DNA of 32,000 nt from Rhodobacter capsulatus SB 1003 (lineage in GTDB: Bacteria; Pseudomonadota; Alphaproteobacteria; Rhodobacterales; Rhodobacteraceae): contig NC_014034.1 of NCBI RefSeq assembly GCF_000021865.1, positions 2,550,001 through 2,582,000 on the forward strand, in the 5' to 3' direction. The notes under the pieces were generated by a model that was not told the DNA's origin, made no database searches, and saw only the letters and a list, made by a program, of their open reading frames with translations. Below, piece by piece: positions 15,266 through 24,485 of the stretch (positions within the stretch are counted from its first letter, which is position 1; each line of letters begins with the position of its first letter). Made by a program: the position numbers and the translations under genes.

Positions 15266-16528
15266 ATGAACATTCTCATTCTGGGCAGCGGCGGGCGCGA
15301 ACATGCGCTGGCCTGGGCGGTGAAACAGAACCCGAAATGCGACCGGCTGATCGTCGCCCCCGGCAATGCGGGCATCGGGCAGCTGGCGGAACTCGCTGCC
15401 ATCGACCCCTGCGACGCCACGGCCGTTCTGGCCTGTGTCGCGGAAAACGCGGTGGATTTCGTCATCGTCGGCCCCGAGGCGCCCCTGGCCGCGGGCGTGG
15501 CCGATGCGCTGCGGGCGGCGGGGGTGCTGACCTTCGGACCCTCGGCGCAGGCGGCGCAGCTTGAGGCCTCGAAAGCCTTCACCAAGGAAATCTGCGACGC
15601 CTGCGGCGCCCCCACCGCCGCCTGGGCGCGGTTTGCCGATCTGGAGGCCGCGCTGGCCCATGTGCGGGCGCAGGGCGCGCCGATCGTGGTCAAGGCCGAT
15701 GGTCTGGCGGCGGGCAAGGGCGTGATCGTGGCGATGACGCTCGCGGAGGCCGAGGCCGGGCTGCGCGAGATTTTCGGCGGCGCCTTTGGCGCGGCGGGCG
15801 CCGAGGTGGTGATCGAAGAATTCATGGCGGGCGAGGAAGCGAGCTTCTTCATCCTGTCGGACGGGGTGAACGTGGCCCCCATCGGCACGGCGCAGGACCA
15901 CAAGCGGGTGGGCGACGGCGACACCGGCCCGAACACCGGCGGCATGGGCGCCTATTCCCCGGCGCCGGTGCTGAGCGCGGCGATCCAGGAGCAGGTTCTG
16001 GCCGAAATCATCCGCCCCACCGTGGCGCAAATGGCGCGGCGCGGCATGCCGTTTCAGGGCGTGCTTTACGCCGGGCTGATGATCGAGAACGGCCGGGCGC
16101 GGCTGGTCGAATACAACGTCCGCTTCGGCGATCCGGAATGCCAGGTGCTGATGATGCGGCTGGGCGGTCAGGCGCTCGATCTGCTGCAGGCCTGCGCCGA
16201 GGGGCGGCTGGATCAGATCACCGCGCAATGGGCCGAAGATTGCGCGCTGACCGTAGTGATGGCGGCGCGCGGCTATCCGGGCACTTACGAAAAAGGCAGC
16301 GAGATCAAGGGCCTCGACAGCCTGCCCGAAACCAGTGCGCAAATGGTCTTTCATGCCGGAACGACGGCGCAGGACGGCAGGATCCTTGCCACCGGCGGGC
16401 GCGTGCTCAACGTCACCGCCCGCGCCGCGACCCTGGCCGAGGCGCAACAGCGCGCCTATGCGATGGTCGATGCGATCGACTGGCCCGAGGGGTTCTGCCG
16501 CCGCGACATCGGCTGGCGCGCGCTCTGA
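15266..16528 (+). CDS. purD: Phosphoribosylamine-glycine ligase
   Basis: The start is placed at MNILILGSGGREHALAW (15266), the canonical PurD N-terminus. ATP-grasp motifs are present. 420 aa. Confidence 0.95.
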   Translation: MNILILGSGGREHALAWAVKQNPKCDRLIVAPGNAGIGQLAELAAIDPCDATAVLACVAENAVDFVIVGPEAPLAAGVADALRAAGVLTFGPSAQAAQLEASKAFTKEICDACGAPTAAWARFADLEAALAHVRAQGAPIVVKADGLAAGKGVIVAMTLAEAEAGLREIFGGAFGAAGAEVVIEEFMAGEEASFFILSDGVNVAPIGTAQDHKRVGDGDTGPNTGGMGAYSPAPVLSAAIQEQVLAEIIRPTVAQMARRGMPFQGVLYAGLMIENGRARLVEYNVRFGDPECQVLMMRLGGQALDLLQACAEGRLDQITAQWAEDCALTVVMAARGYPGTYEKGSEIKGLDSLPETSAQMVFHAGTTAQDGRILATGGRVLNVTARAATLAEAQQRAYAMVDAIDWPEGFCRRDIGWRAL

Positions 16529-16536
16529 GACGAAAC

Positions 16537-16721
16537 GGGGGCGCTGCCCCCCTCCTGCTTCGGCCAATTCACCCCCCGGGATATTTCGGGCAAGATAAAG
16601 AAGGTCTTTTCCTTTCATCTTGCCCGAAATATCCCGGGGGAGCCCGCTTGCGGGCGGGGGCAGCGCCCCCGAAGCGCCCGACGCGCGGCGGGCTTGCCCG
16701 CCCAAGGAGGGCGCAACCGCC
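16537..16721. repeat. Intergenic mosaic repeat, locus R5 (D - B/B inverted pair - D - E composite)
   Basis: Components in order: GGGGGCGCTGCCCCCC (16537-16552), CCCCGGGATATTTCGGGCAAGAT (16574-16596), its inverted copy (16617-16639), GGGGGCAGCGCCCCC (16656-16670) and module E (16670-16721). The element fills the whole purD-sdaA convergent gap and abuts the sdaA stop codon (16722-16724). Confidence 0.9.
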
Positions 16722-18101
16722 TCAGCAGTTCGGCACGTTCACCGCCAGACCGCCAAGGCTCGTTTCCTTGTAATGCTCGTGCATGTCGCGTCCGGTCTGC
16801 CGCATCGTCTCGATCGCGGCATCGAGCGGCACGAAATGCGTGCCGTCACCGCGCAAGGCCAGCGAGGCCGCCGAAATCGCCTTGATCGCGCCCAGGCCGT
16901 TGCGTTCGATGCAGGGCACCTGCACCAGCCCCTTTACCGGGTCGCAGGTCATGCCCAGATGATGCTCCAGCGCGATCTCGGCCGCGTTCTCGATCTGCTC
17001 GGGCGTGCCGCCCAGCACGGCGGCCAAGCCCGCCGCCGCCATCGCCGCGGCCGAGCCGACCTCGGCCTGACAGCCGCATTCGGCGCCCGAAATCGAGGCA
17101 TTGGTCTTGATGATGCCCCCCACCGCCGCCGCCGTCAGCAGGAAATCCCCCACTTGCGACCCGCTCGCCCCGGGCACGTGATCCAGCCAGTAGCGGATCA
17201 CCGCGGGCACCACCCCCGCCGCGCCATTCGTCGGCGCCGTCACCACCTGCCCGCCCGCCGCGTTTTCCTCGTTCACCGCCATCGCGTAACAGGAAATCCA
17301 GTCGTTGATCGTATGCGGCGCCACCATGTTCAGACCGCGTTCGGCCTCAAGCGCGGCATGGATCGCCTTGGCGCGGCGCTTCACCTTCAGCCCGCCCGGC
17401 AGCACGCCGTCGGTTTCCAGCCCCCGCGTCAGGCAATCGTTCATCACCTGCCAGATCCGCGCCAGCCCCGCCTCGATCTCCGGCTCCGAGCGGAACCGCC
17501 GCTCGTTCCTGCGCTTCATCTGCGCGATCGTCAGCCCCGAGGCCTGCGCCATCGCCAGCATCTCATCGGCCTTGCGGAACGGATAGGGCACCGGCGAGGG
17601 CGCGGCGAGCGTCTTGTCATCGATGGCGGCATGTTCCGCCTCGGTCAGGACAAACCCGCCGCCGATCGAATAAAAGGTCTCGCGCAGGATCACGTCGCCC
17701 TCGGCATCGCGGGCCTCGATCACCATGCCGTTCGCATGGCCGGGCAGCGGGTGGCCGTAGTCGAAGATCAGGTCGTGATCGGGGTCGAAGTGCAGCGGGC
17801 CCAGCCCGGGCGGTGTCAGCGTCAGGCTCTCGCGGTTGGCGGCCAGCACCGCCTCGGCCTTCTCGGCCTCGTAGCTTTCGGGCAGGAACCCGGCGAGGCC
17901 CAGGATCGTCGCGCGGTCCGTGGCATGCCCCTTGCCGGTGAAGGCGAGCGAGCCGTAAAGCCGCACCCGCAGATGGCGCGGATGAAAGGGCGAGGCCCGC
18001 AGCATGTCCAGAAACCGCCCCCCCGCCACCATCGGCCCCATCGTATGCGAGGAGGACGGCCCGACGCCCACCTTGAAGATGTCGAAAACGCTCAGAAACA
18101 T
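16722..18101 (-). CDS. sdaA: L-serine ammonia-lyase (Fe-S L-serine dehydratase)
   Basis: The start is placed at [24 protein letters not shown] (compare E. coli SdaA [23 protein letters not shown]). 459 aa with fused beta and alpha domains. Confidence 0.95.
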   Translation of the reverse strand: MFLSVFDIFKVGVGPSSSHTMGPMVAGGRFLDMLRASPFHPRHLRVRLYGSLAFTGKGHATDRATILGLAGFLPESYEAEKAEAVLAANRESLTLTPPGLGPLHFDPDHDLIFDYGHPLPGHANGMVIEARDAEGDVILRETFYSIGGGFVLTEAEHAAIDDKTLAAPSPVPYPFRKADEMLAMAQASGLTIAQMKRRNERRFRSEPEIEAGLARIWQVMNDCLTRGLETDGVLPGGLKVKRRAKAIHAALEAERGLNMVAPHTINDWISCYAMAVNEENAAGGQVVTAPTNGAAGVVPAVIRYWLDHVPGASGSQVGDFLLTAAAVGGIIKTNASISGAECGCQAEVGSAAAMAAAGLAAVLGGTPEQIENAAEIALEHHLGMTCDPVKGLVQVPCIERNGLGAIKAISAASLALRGDGTHFVPLDAAIETMRQTGRDMHEHYKETSLGGLAVNVPNC

Positions 18102-18250
18102 GGCGCACTCCCTTTGCCCCATGCTGCCCTGTCGCGCCCCGCGACGAAAGCGCGAAAGCGACATTTGCGCGCACGCAAGCGGTGCCCCGGCCACCTTCCC
18201 GGCCCGCCGGTCCGGCCCGCTCTGGCGGGCGCCGCAAAATTCGCTAAACA

Positions 18251-18266
18251 GCTTAACATGTTAAGC
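18251..18266. promoter_or_regulatory. Perfect AT-rich 16-bp palindrome (candidate operator) in the sdaA/Hint-gene divergent region
   Basis: GCTTAACATGTTAAGC is perfectly self-complementary. The flanks AAACA ... (gc)TGTTT extend the symmetry. It lies 48 nt upstream of the ATG at 18314 and 150 nt upstream of the sdaA start. Confidence 0.4.
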
Positions 18267-18313
18267 GCTGTTTCATCGGTTCTGGCGATACTGTCGCAAA
18301 GGCAGGAGGTGCC

Positions 18314-19282
18314 ATGCCCACTCTTTGTTTCTGGCCGCTGACCGAGGTCACCTCCTCCGGTCCGGATCCTTTCGGCTCGGTGCCCGGCAGCGAGGAAGCC
18401 GCGCTGGGGCGGGCCCATTTCGTCTTGCGCCCCGGGGCGGCGATGCGGTTCATCGACCTGCCCGAGGCGGACGGGGCGGACCCCGACGGCGCCGCGATCG
18501 AACCCGATGTGTCCTATCGGATCCGCCCGCTCGCCTCGGAGGATCTGGCCGATACGCAGGTCGTGCATCTGATCGACACCCCCGCCACCGGGCGCGGGCT
18601 GGCGGCCTCCGAACGGCTGAAGCCCGGCCGGGCCTATCGCATCACCGGGCTCGAGACCGAGGGGATGCTGACCCCCTTTGCCAGCCAGGCGATCTGCTTT
18701 GCCGCCGGAACGCTGATCGCCACCCGGCGCGGCCCGAAACCGGTCGAGGATCTGGGGCCCGAGGACCGGTTGCAGACCTCGGACAATGGCTACCGGCCGG
18801 TGCAATGGGTCGGGCGCTGGCGCGTCGGCGGCCTGGGGGCGACGGCGCCGGTGCGCTTTGCCCCCGGCGTGCTGGGCAATGACCGGGCTCTGTTTCTGTC
18901 CGGGCAGCACCGGGTGCTGATCCGCCCGGCCACCGGTCCGCTTGCCGGAGAAGAGGTGCTGGTCGCCGCCAAGGCGCTGGTGGGCCTGCCCGGCATCGCC
19001 CGCGCCCCCCGGGCACGGGTGGACTGGGTGCATGTGATGATGCCCACGCATGAGGTGATCTTTGCCGAAAACGCCCGCGCCGAAACCATGCTGGCCGGGC
19101 CGAAGACGATGAGCGTGCTGGAACCCACACAGGCGCTGGCGCTGCGCCAGAGCCTGTCGAGCGATCCTTTCACCGGCCTGCCCGCGCGGCCGATCGTGCC
19201 CACGCCCAAGGTCGCGAAGCTGATCTTGCAGCACCGGCGCGGTCACAGCCCGCTGGAAAGCGCGGGGCTGGTGCGGCGCTGA
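18314..19282 (+). CDS. Hint (Hedgehog/intein-like, Hint_2 type) domain protein
   Basis: 322 aa with an AGGAGG RBS at 18304-18309. From residue ~128 it reads CFAAGTLIATRRGPKPVEDLGPEDRLQTSDNGYRPVQWVG ... HVMMPTHEVIFAENARAET, which is typical of the bacterial Hint_2 domain that is expanded in Rhodobacterales. The N-terminal ~125 aa have no recognisable family and there is no signal peptide. Confidence 0.8.
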   Translation: MPTLCFWPLTEVTSSGPDPFGSVPGSEEAALGRAHFVLRPGAAMRFIDLPEADGADPDGAAIEPDVSYRIRPLASEDLADTQVVHLIDTPATGRGLAASERLKPGRAYRITGLETEGMLTPFASQAICFAAGTLIATRRGPKPVEDLGPEDRLQTSDNGYRPVQWVGRWRVGGLGATAPVRFAPGVLGNDRALFLSGQHRVLIRPATGPLAGEEVLVAAKALVGLPGIARAPRARVDWVHVMMPTHEVIFAENARAETMLAGPKTMSVLEPTQALALRQSLSSDPFTGLPARPIVPTPKVAKLILQHRRGHSPLESAGLVRR

Positions 19283-19382
19283 CCGCCCGCGCCCGGGGCC
19301 GGACGCAAAAATCCCTCGCATGGGGCTGACCGCTTGGCTATAACGGCGCGCAAGATCCGCATCCCGTCCGACAGGAGCCGCC

Positions 19383-20168
19383 ATGCCCGCCGAGCTTTCC
19401 CCCATCGACAAGGCGAAATTCGCCGCCGCGCGCCGTGCCGTCGATTTCGTCGAAGACGGGATGAAGGTCGGTCTGGGCACCGGCTCCACCGCGGCCTGGA
19501 TGGTGCGCTGTCTGGGCGAGCGCGTGCGCGAGGAAGGGCTGCGCATCGTCGGCGTGCCGACAAGCTCGCGCACCGCCGATCTGGCGCGGCAGATCGGGAT
19601 TTCAGTCGTCGGTCTGGACGAGGCGAAATGGCTCGATCTGACCATCGATGGCGCCGATGAATTCGACGCGCAGCTGCAGCTGATCAAGGGCGGCGGCGGC
19701 GCGCTGTTGCAGGAAAAGATCGTCGCCACGGCCTCGGACCGGATGATCGTCATCACCGATGCGTCAAAGGAAGTGGTGAACCTCGGCGCCTTTCCGCTGC
19801 CCGTGGAGGTCGTGCCCTTCGGCTGGCAGACCACCCGCGCCTTGATCGAGGAAATGCTGATCGCCACCGATGTTCTGGGGCGGCAGACGACGCTGCGGCT
19901 GAATGGCACGCAGCCCTACATCACCGACGAGGGTAATTATATCGTCGATCTGCACCTCAACCGCATCGGCAACGCGCGGGCTTTGGCGGTGGCGCTCAAC
20001 CAGATCCCGGGCGTGGTCGAGAACGGGCTGTTCATCGACATCTGCGACATGGTGATCATTGGCGGCGCCGAGGGCCAGGTCGAGCTGCGCGACATCAACG
20101 CGGGCACGATTGCCCATGAACGGATCGATTTTGCCGATGACGAGAACATCTTCGCCGACCTCGACTGA
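19383..20168 (+). CDS. rpiA: Ribose-5-phosphate isomerase A
   Basis: 261 aa with GLGTGSTA, DGADE and KGGGGALLQEK motifs. Confidence 0.95.
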   Translation: MPAELSPIDKAKFAAARRAVDFVEDGMKVGLGTGSTAAWMVRCLGERVREEGLRIVGVPTSSRTADLARQIGISVVGLDEAKWLDLTIDGADEFDAQLQLIKGGGGALLQEKIVATASDRMIVITDASKEVVNLGAFPLPVEVVPFGWQTTRALIEEMLIATDVLGRQTTLRLNGTQPYITDEGNYIVDLHLNRIGNARALAVALNQIPGVVENGLFIDICDMVIIGGAEGQVELRDINAGTIAHERIDFADDENIFADLD

Positions 20169-20634
20169 GACCCGCCCGGATCTGGTGATCCCCGGCCGGT
20201 CCGTGCTGCCCCTGGTGATGGGGGGGGTGATCGGGCTGATCGGGGTGGTGCAGATCATCACGCCGATCCTGACCTTGGCCGCCTTCTTCGGCGAGGGGTT
20301 CCGCGACGACATGATCCTGAATGCGATCGTCGGCGCGGTGGGGGCGACGCTGTGCTTCTATCTCGCCTGGGTGGTGCTCTCGGTGCCGCGTCCGGTGCTG
20401 GTCTTCCGCGCCGACCGGGTCGAGATCGGCAAGCTTTTCGGCAAATACACCACCGTCCCCTATGCCGAGATCACCGGCGAGGGCACCCCCGCCACCGGAG
20501 CTGCGAAGGCGCCGGTGCGGCTGCGCGAGCTTTCGGTGCCGGGCTGGGTGATGACGGCCGAGGAGAACGCCGCCTGGCAGGCGGAACTGGCGGCGCGGGC
20601 GCCTGCCCTTGCCGGAACCGGGGCGCGGGGCTAA
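20137..20634 (+). CDS. Small membrane protein, unknown function (start uncertain)
   Basis: The frame has a strong GC3 pattern and encodes two TM helices (VIGLIGVVQIITPILTLAAFF; ILNAIVGAVGATLCFYLAWVVLSV) followed by a soluble tail. Candidate starts are ATG 20137 (overlapping rpiA by 32 nt), GTG 20185 and ATG 20218. None has a clear RBS. Confidence 0.55.
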   Translation: MTRTSSPTSTETRPDLVIPGRSVLPLVMGGVIGLIGVVQIITPILTLAAFFGEGFRDDMILNAIVGAVGATLCFYLAWVVLSVPRPVLVFRADRVEIGKLFGKYTTVPYAEITGEGTPATGAAKAPVRLRELSVPGWVMTAEENAAWQAELAARAPALAGTGARG

Positions 20635-20680
20635 GTCCTTGGGCGCGGCCACGGGGTCGCGACCTTTGAAAGGACGGCAG

Positions 20681-22033
20681 ATGAGCTTCGATTTCGACCT
20701 CTTCGTGATCGGCGGGGGTTCGGGCGGCGTGCGGGCGGCCCGCATCGCGGCCGGTTATGGCGCGCGCGTGGCGCTGGCCGAAGAGGATCGGATGGGCGGC
20801 ACCTGCGTCATCCGCGGCTGCGTGCCGAAAAAGCTGATGGTTTTCGCCTCGACCATGCCCGCCGCCGTGGCCGAGGCCCGCGCCTATGGCTGGGATGCGG
20901 CCATCGGCGGGTTCGACTGGGGCGCGTTTCGGGCCAAGCTGCATGCGGAACTGGACCGGCTGGAGCGGATCTACCGCGCCGGGCAGCAGAATGCGGGCGT
21001 GACGGTGCATGACTGCCGCGCCACCGTGAAGGGCCCGCATGAGGTCGCACTGGCCGATGGCCGGGTGATCAGCGCGAAACACATCCTGATTGCGGTCGGC
21101 GGGCGGCCTTTCGTGCCCGCCTTCGAGGGCGCAGAACACGTTCTGACCTCAAACGACCTCTTTCATCTGCCCGCGCTGCCCAAGCGCCTCCTGATCGTCG
21201 GCGGCGGCTATATCGCGTCCGAATTCGCCTGTGTCTTCAACGGGCTGGGGGTTTCGGTGGCGCAATGGAACCGCTCGCCGCTTCTGCGCAGCTTCGACAC
21301 CGAATGCCGCGATCTGATCGTGGCGCAGATGAAAGCGCGCGGCATCGACGTGCATGAAAATGTCATCATCGACCGGGTCACGAAGACCGAAACCGGCGTC
21401 GTCGCCCATTGCGGCGATGGCCGGTCGCAGGAATTTGACGCCGTGGTTTACGCCACCGGCCGGGTGCCGAACACCGCCGGGCTGGGGCTGGAAGCCGCGG
21501 GCGTCAAGCTGGCCGCCAATGGCGCGGTGCTGGTTGACGCTTGGTCGCAGACCAATGTCCCCTCGATCTTTGCGGTGGGTGATGTGACCGACCGGATCAA
21601 CCTGACCCCGGTCGCGATCCGCGAGGGGCACGCCTTTGCCGACACCGTCTTTGGCGCGAAACCGCGAGTAAGCGATCACGAGCTTGTCGCCTCGGCGGTC
21701 TTTACCCGGCCCGAATTCGGCACCTGCGGGCAAAGCGAGGAAGCCGCCCGCAAAGACGGCCCGATCGAGGTTTATACGAGCGCTTTCAAGCCGATGCGCT
21801 CGGCCTTTGCGGGGGCGGAGGACCGCGTTCTGATGAAACTGATCGTCTGCAAGGCGACGCGCAAGGTGCTGGGCTGCCACATCGTCGCGCCCGAAGCAGG
21901 CGAGATGATCCAGATGGCGGCCATCGCGATGAAGATGGGCGCGACCAAGGAGCAGTTCGACGCCACCTGTGCCGTGCATCCGACGATGGCCGAGGAACTG
22001 GTGACGATGCGGGCACCGACCCGGCATTCCTGA
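20681..22033 (+). CDS. gor: Glutathione-disulfide reductase
   Basis: The start is placed at MSFDFDLFVIGGGSGGVRAA (20681). It has the redox-active GGTCVIRGCVPKK site, an NADPH-binding GGGYIA motif and the C-terminal HPTMAEELVTM. 450 aa. Confidence 0.9.
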   Translation: MSFDFDLFVIGGGSGGVRAARIAAGYGARVALAEEDRMGGTCVIRGCVPKKLMVFASTMPAAVAEARAYGWDAAIGGFDWGAFRAKLHAELDRLERIYRAGQQNAGVTVHDCRATVKGPHEVALADGRVISAKHILIAVGGRPFVPAFEGAEHVLTSNDLFHLPALPKRLLIVGGGYIASEFACVFNGLGVSVAQWNRSPLLRSFDTECRDLIVAQMKARGIDVHENVIIDRVTKTETGVVAHCGDGRSQEFDAVVYATGRVPNTAGLGLEAAGVKLAANGAVLVDAWSQTNVPSIFAVGDVTDRINLTPVAIREGHAFADTVFGAKPRVSDHELVASAVFTRPEFGTCGQSEEAARKDGPIEVYTSAFKPMRSAFAGAEDRVLMKLIVCKATRKVLGCHIVAPEAGEMIQMAAIAMKMGATKEQFDATCAVHPTMAEELVTMRAPTRHS

Positions 22034-22098
22034 GCGAAGCGGTTGACATTGCGCAAACAATCCCCACTTCGGGGCAAGGACATTCGAAAGAGGACAGC

Positions 22099-23274
22099 AT
22101 GACCAACGGAGGACCCTGGGGCTCGGGTGGCGGTGACGACCGCGAGCCGCCGCGCCGCCCCGGCCCGCGCCGGCCCAATGACAGCGCCCCCATTCCCGAA
22201 ATCGACCAGATCGTGAAGAAGGGCACCGAGCAGCTGCGCGTCCTGATGGGCGGGCGCGGCGGTCCGGGCCGCCCCGGCGGCGGGCGCGACGACGGCCCGG
22301 CCTTCACGCTGGGCACGATCGCGATCGGCGCGGTGGCCCTGGCGGCCGTCTGGGCCTGGAGCTCGTTTTACACGGTGCAGCAGAACGAACGCTCGATCGA
22401 GCTGATGTTCGGCAAATACCACGCCACCGGCAACCCGGGCCTGAACTTCGCGCCCTGGCCGGTGGTGTCGAAAGTGGTGATCCCGGTCACCGACGAACGC
22501 ACCACCGAGGTCGGCACCGGCCGCACCCGCGCCATCGGCACTTCGGAAAGCAGCGACGGCGTGTTCTCCTCGGGGCGCAGCAGCGATTTCGTCACCGATT
22601 CCGGGCTGATGCTGACGCGCGACCAGAATATCGTCGATGTCAGCTACCAGATCGTCTGGAACGTCTCGGACCCGTCGAAATTCCTGTTCAACCTCGCCGA
22701 CCCCGAGGACACGATCCGCGCCGTCAGCGAATCCGCCATGCGCGACATCATCGCGCGGTCCGAACTGGCGCCGATCCTGAACCGCGACCGCGGCACCATC
22801 GCCGCGGATCTGCGCACCGCCGTTCAAGGCACGCTTGACAGCTATCAGGCCGGGATCAACATCGTGCGGGTGAACTTCAACCGCGCCGATCCGCCGCGCG
22901 AGGTGATCGACAGTTTCCGCGACGTGCAAGCCGCGCAGCAGGAACGCGACAAGCTGGAAAAAGAGGCCGACGCCTATGCCAACCAGGTGACGGCGGGCGC
23001 CCGCGGGCAGGCCGCGCAGCTGGTGCAGCAGGCCGAGGCCTATCGCGCCGAGGTGGTCAACGATGCCCAGGGTCAGGCCGCGCGCTTCACCTCGGTCTAC
23101 GAGGAATACCGCAAGGCCCCCGAGGTGACGAAGCGGCGGATGTTCTATGAAACCATGAGCACGACGCTGGGCGGCGTGAACAAGGTGGTGATCGACGGGC
23201 AATCGGGCACCGTGCCCTATCTGCCGCTTGACCGGCTGCGGCCGGTGCAGCCGACGACCGGGGGGGCGAACTGA
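22099..23274 (+). CDS. hflK: FtsH protease modulator HflK (SPFH/band-7)
   Basis: 391 aa with a Gly/Arg-rich N-terminus, a TM helix, an SPFH domain and a coiled-coil. The stop overlaps the hflC start (TGATG). Confidence 0.92.
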   Translation: MTNGGPWGSGGGDDREPPRRPGPRRPNDSAPIPEIDQIVKKGTEQLRVLMGGRGGPGRPGGGRDDGPAFTLGTIAIGAVALAAVWAWSSFYTVQQNERSIELMFGKYHATGNPGLNFAPWPVVSKVVIPVTDERTTEVGTGRTRAIGTSESSDGVFSSGRSSDFVTDSGLMLTRDQNIVDVSYQIVWNVSDPSKFLFNLADPEDTIRAVSESAMRDIIARSELAPILNRDRGTIAADLRTAVQGTLDSYQAGINIVRVNFNRADPPREVIDSFRDVQAAQQERDKLEKEADAYANQVTAGARGQAAQLVQQAEAYRAEVVNDAQGQAARFTSVYEEYRKAPEVTKRRMFYETMSTTLGGVNKVVIDGQSGTVPYLPLDRLRPVQPTTGGAN

Positions 23275-24173
23275 TGAAGGCACAACTCCTGATCCCGATC
23301 GGCATCATCGCCGTGGGCCTTGGCCTGTCGTCGATCTACACGGTCGACGAACGCGAAAAGGCGCTGGTGCTGCAATTCGGCGAAGTGACCGCGGCGCGGA
23401 CCGAACCGGGAATCGGCTTCAAGATCCCCTTCGTGCAGAATGTGGTGAAATATGATGACCGGATCATCAGCCTGACCACGCAACCGCTGGAAGTCACGCC
23501 GCTTGATGACCGTCGTCTGGTGGTCGATGCCTTTGCGCGCTGGCGCATCGTCGATGCGGTGAAGTTCCGCGAAGCGGTGGGCGATGGCGGCGAAAGCTTT
23601 GCCAAGAACCGGCTGGACGGCATCCTGAACAATGCGATCCGCGAAGTCATGGGCTCGGTGCCCTCGACGGCGGTTCTGTCGAATGACCGCACGGCGCTGA
23701 TGAACAAGATCCGCGACATCGCCAAACGCGAGGCGAATGCGCTGGGCGTTGACGTGATCGACGTGCGGCTGACGCGCACCGACCTGCCCGAGCAGAACCT
23801 GGCCGCGACCTATGCGCGGATGCGGGCCGAGCGCGAACGCGAGGCGGCGGATGAACGCGCCCGCGGCGGCGAGGCGGCGCAGCGGGTGCGGGCGACCGCC
23901 GACCGCGAGGTGGTCGAACTCACCTCGGAGGCGCGCAAGCAGGCGGAAATCGTGCGCGGTCAGGCGGATGCGGAACGCAACCGGATCTATGCCGAAGCTT
24001 ACGGCAAGGATGAAAGCTTCTTCGCCTTCACCCGGGCGCTGCAGTTCTATGCCGAAAGCCTGAAGCCGGGCACCTCCTCGCTGGTGACGGAACCGGGCAG
24101 CCTTTACTTCGACTATGAACGCTTCGTGACATCGCTGGCGGCGGGCGGCACCGCCCCCGCGGCCGGAAACTGA
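23274..24173 (+). CDS. hflC: FtsH protease modulator HflC (SPFH/band-7)
   Basis: 299 aa with an N-terminal TM helix and an SPFH domain. It appears translationally coupled to hflK and to the downstream DUF2065 gene. Confidence 0.92.
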   Translation: MKAQLLIPIGIIAVGLGLSSIYTVDEREKALVLQFGEVTAARTEPGIGFKIPFVQNVVKYDDRIISLTTQPLEVTPLDDRRLVVDAFARWRIVDAVKFREAVGDGGESFAKNRLDGILNNAIREVMGSVPSTAVLSNDRTALMNKIRDIAKREANALGVDVIDVRLTRTDLPEQNLAATYARMRAEREREAADERARGGEAAQRVRATADREVVELTSEARKQAEIVRGQADAERNRIYAEAYGKDESFFAFTRALQFYAESLKPGTSSLVTEPGSLYFDYERFVTSLAAGGTAPAAGN

Positions 24174-24364
24174 TGGCGGCGGTTTTCACCGCTCTGGGCC
24201 TTGTGCTCGTGATCGAGGGGCTGGCACTTGTGCTGGCCCCTTCGCGCATTGTCGAGGTGCTGGCGCTGCTGGCCAGCCTTGGCCCGGTGGGGCGGCGCCG
24301 GATCGGCCTTGCGGCAGTGGCTGCGGGGGTGGGTGTCGTCGCGCTGGTGCGGGCCCTCACATGA
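24173..24364 (+). CDS. DUF2065-type small membrane protein
   Basis: 63 aa with two hydrophobic helices (ALGLVLVIEGLALVLAP ...). It occupies the conserved position between hflC and degP seen in alphaproteobacteria, and its start overlaps the hflC stop. Confidence 0.75.
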   Translation: MAAVFTALGLVLVIEGLALVLAPSRIVEVLALLASLGPVGRRRIGLAAVAAGVGVVALVRALT

Positions 24365-24412
24365 GCCTCGCGGCGCTCTCACATCGAAGTGACGCCCCGC
24401 GACGGGCTTTCA

Positions 24413-24441
24413 TTTGAACGGCGCGACGCTTACGCTTTTAT
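24413..24441 (+). promoter_or_regulatory. Candidate sigma-70-type promoter for degP
   Basis: TTGAAC-N17-TTTATA in an otherwise GC-rich context, about 45 nt upstream of the ATG at 24486. Confidence 0.4.
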
Positions 24442-24485
24442 AGAAGGCCAGCCGGAGCACCGGCCAAGGACCACGGGAGACCCGC

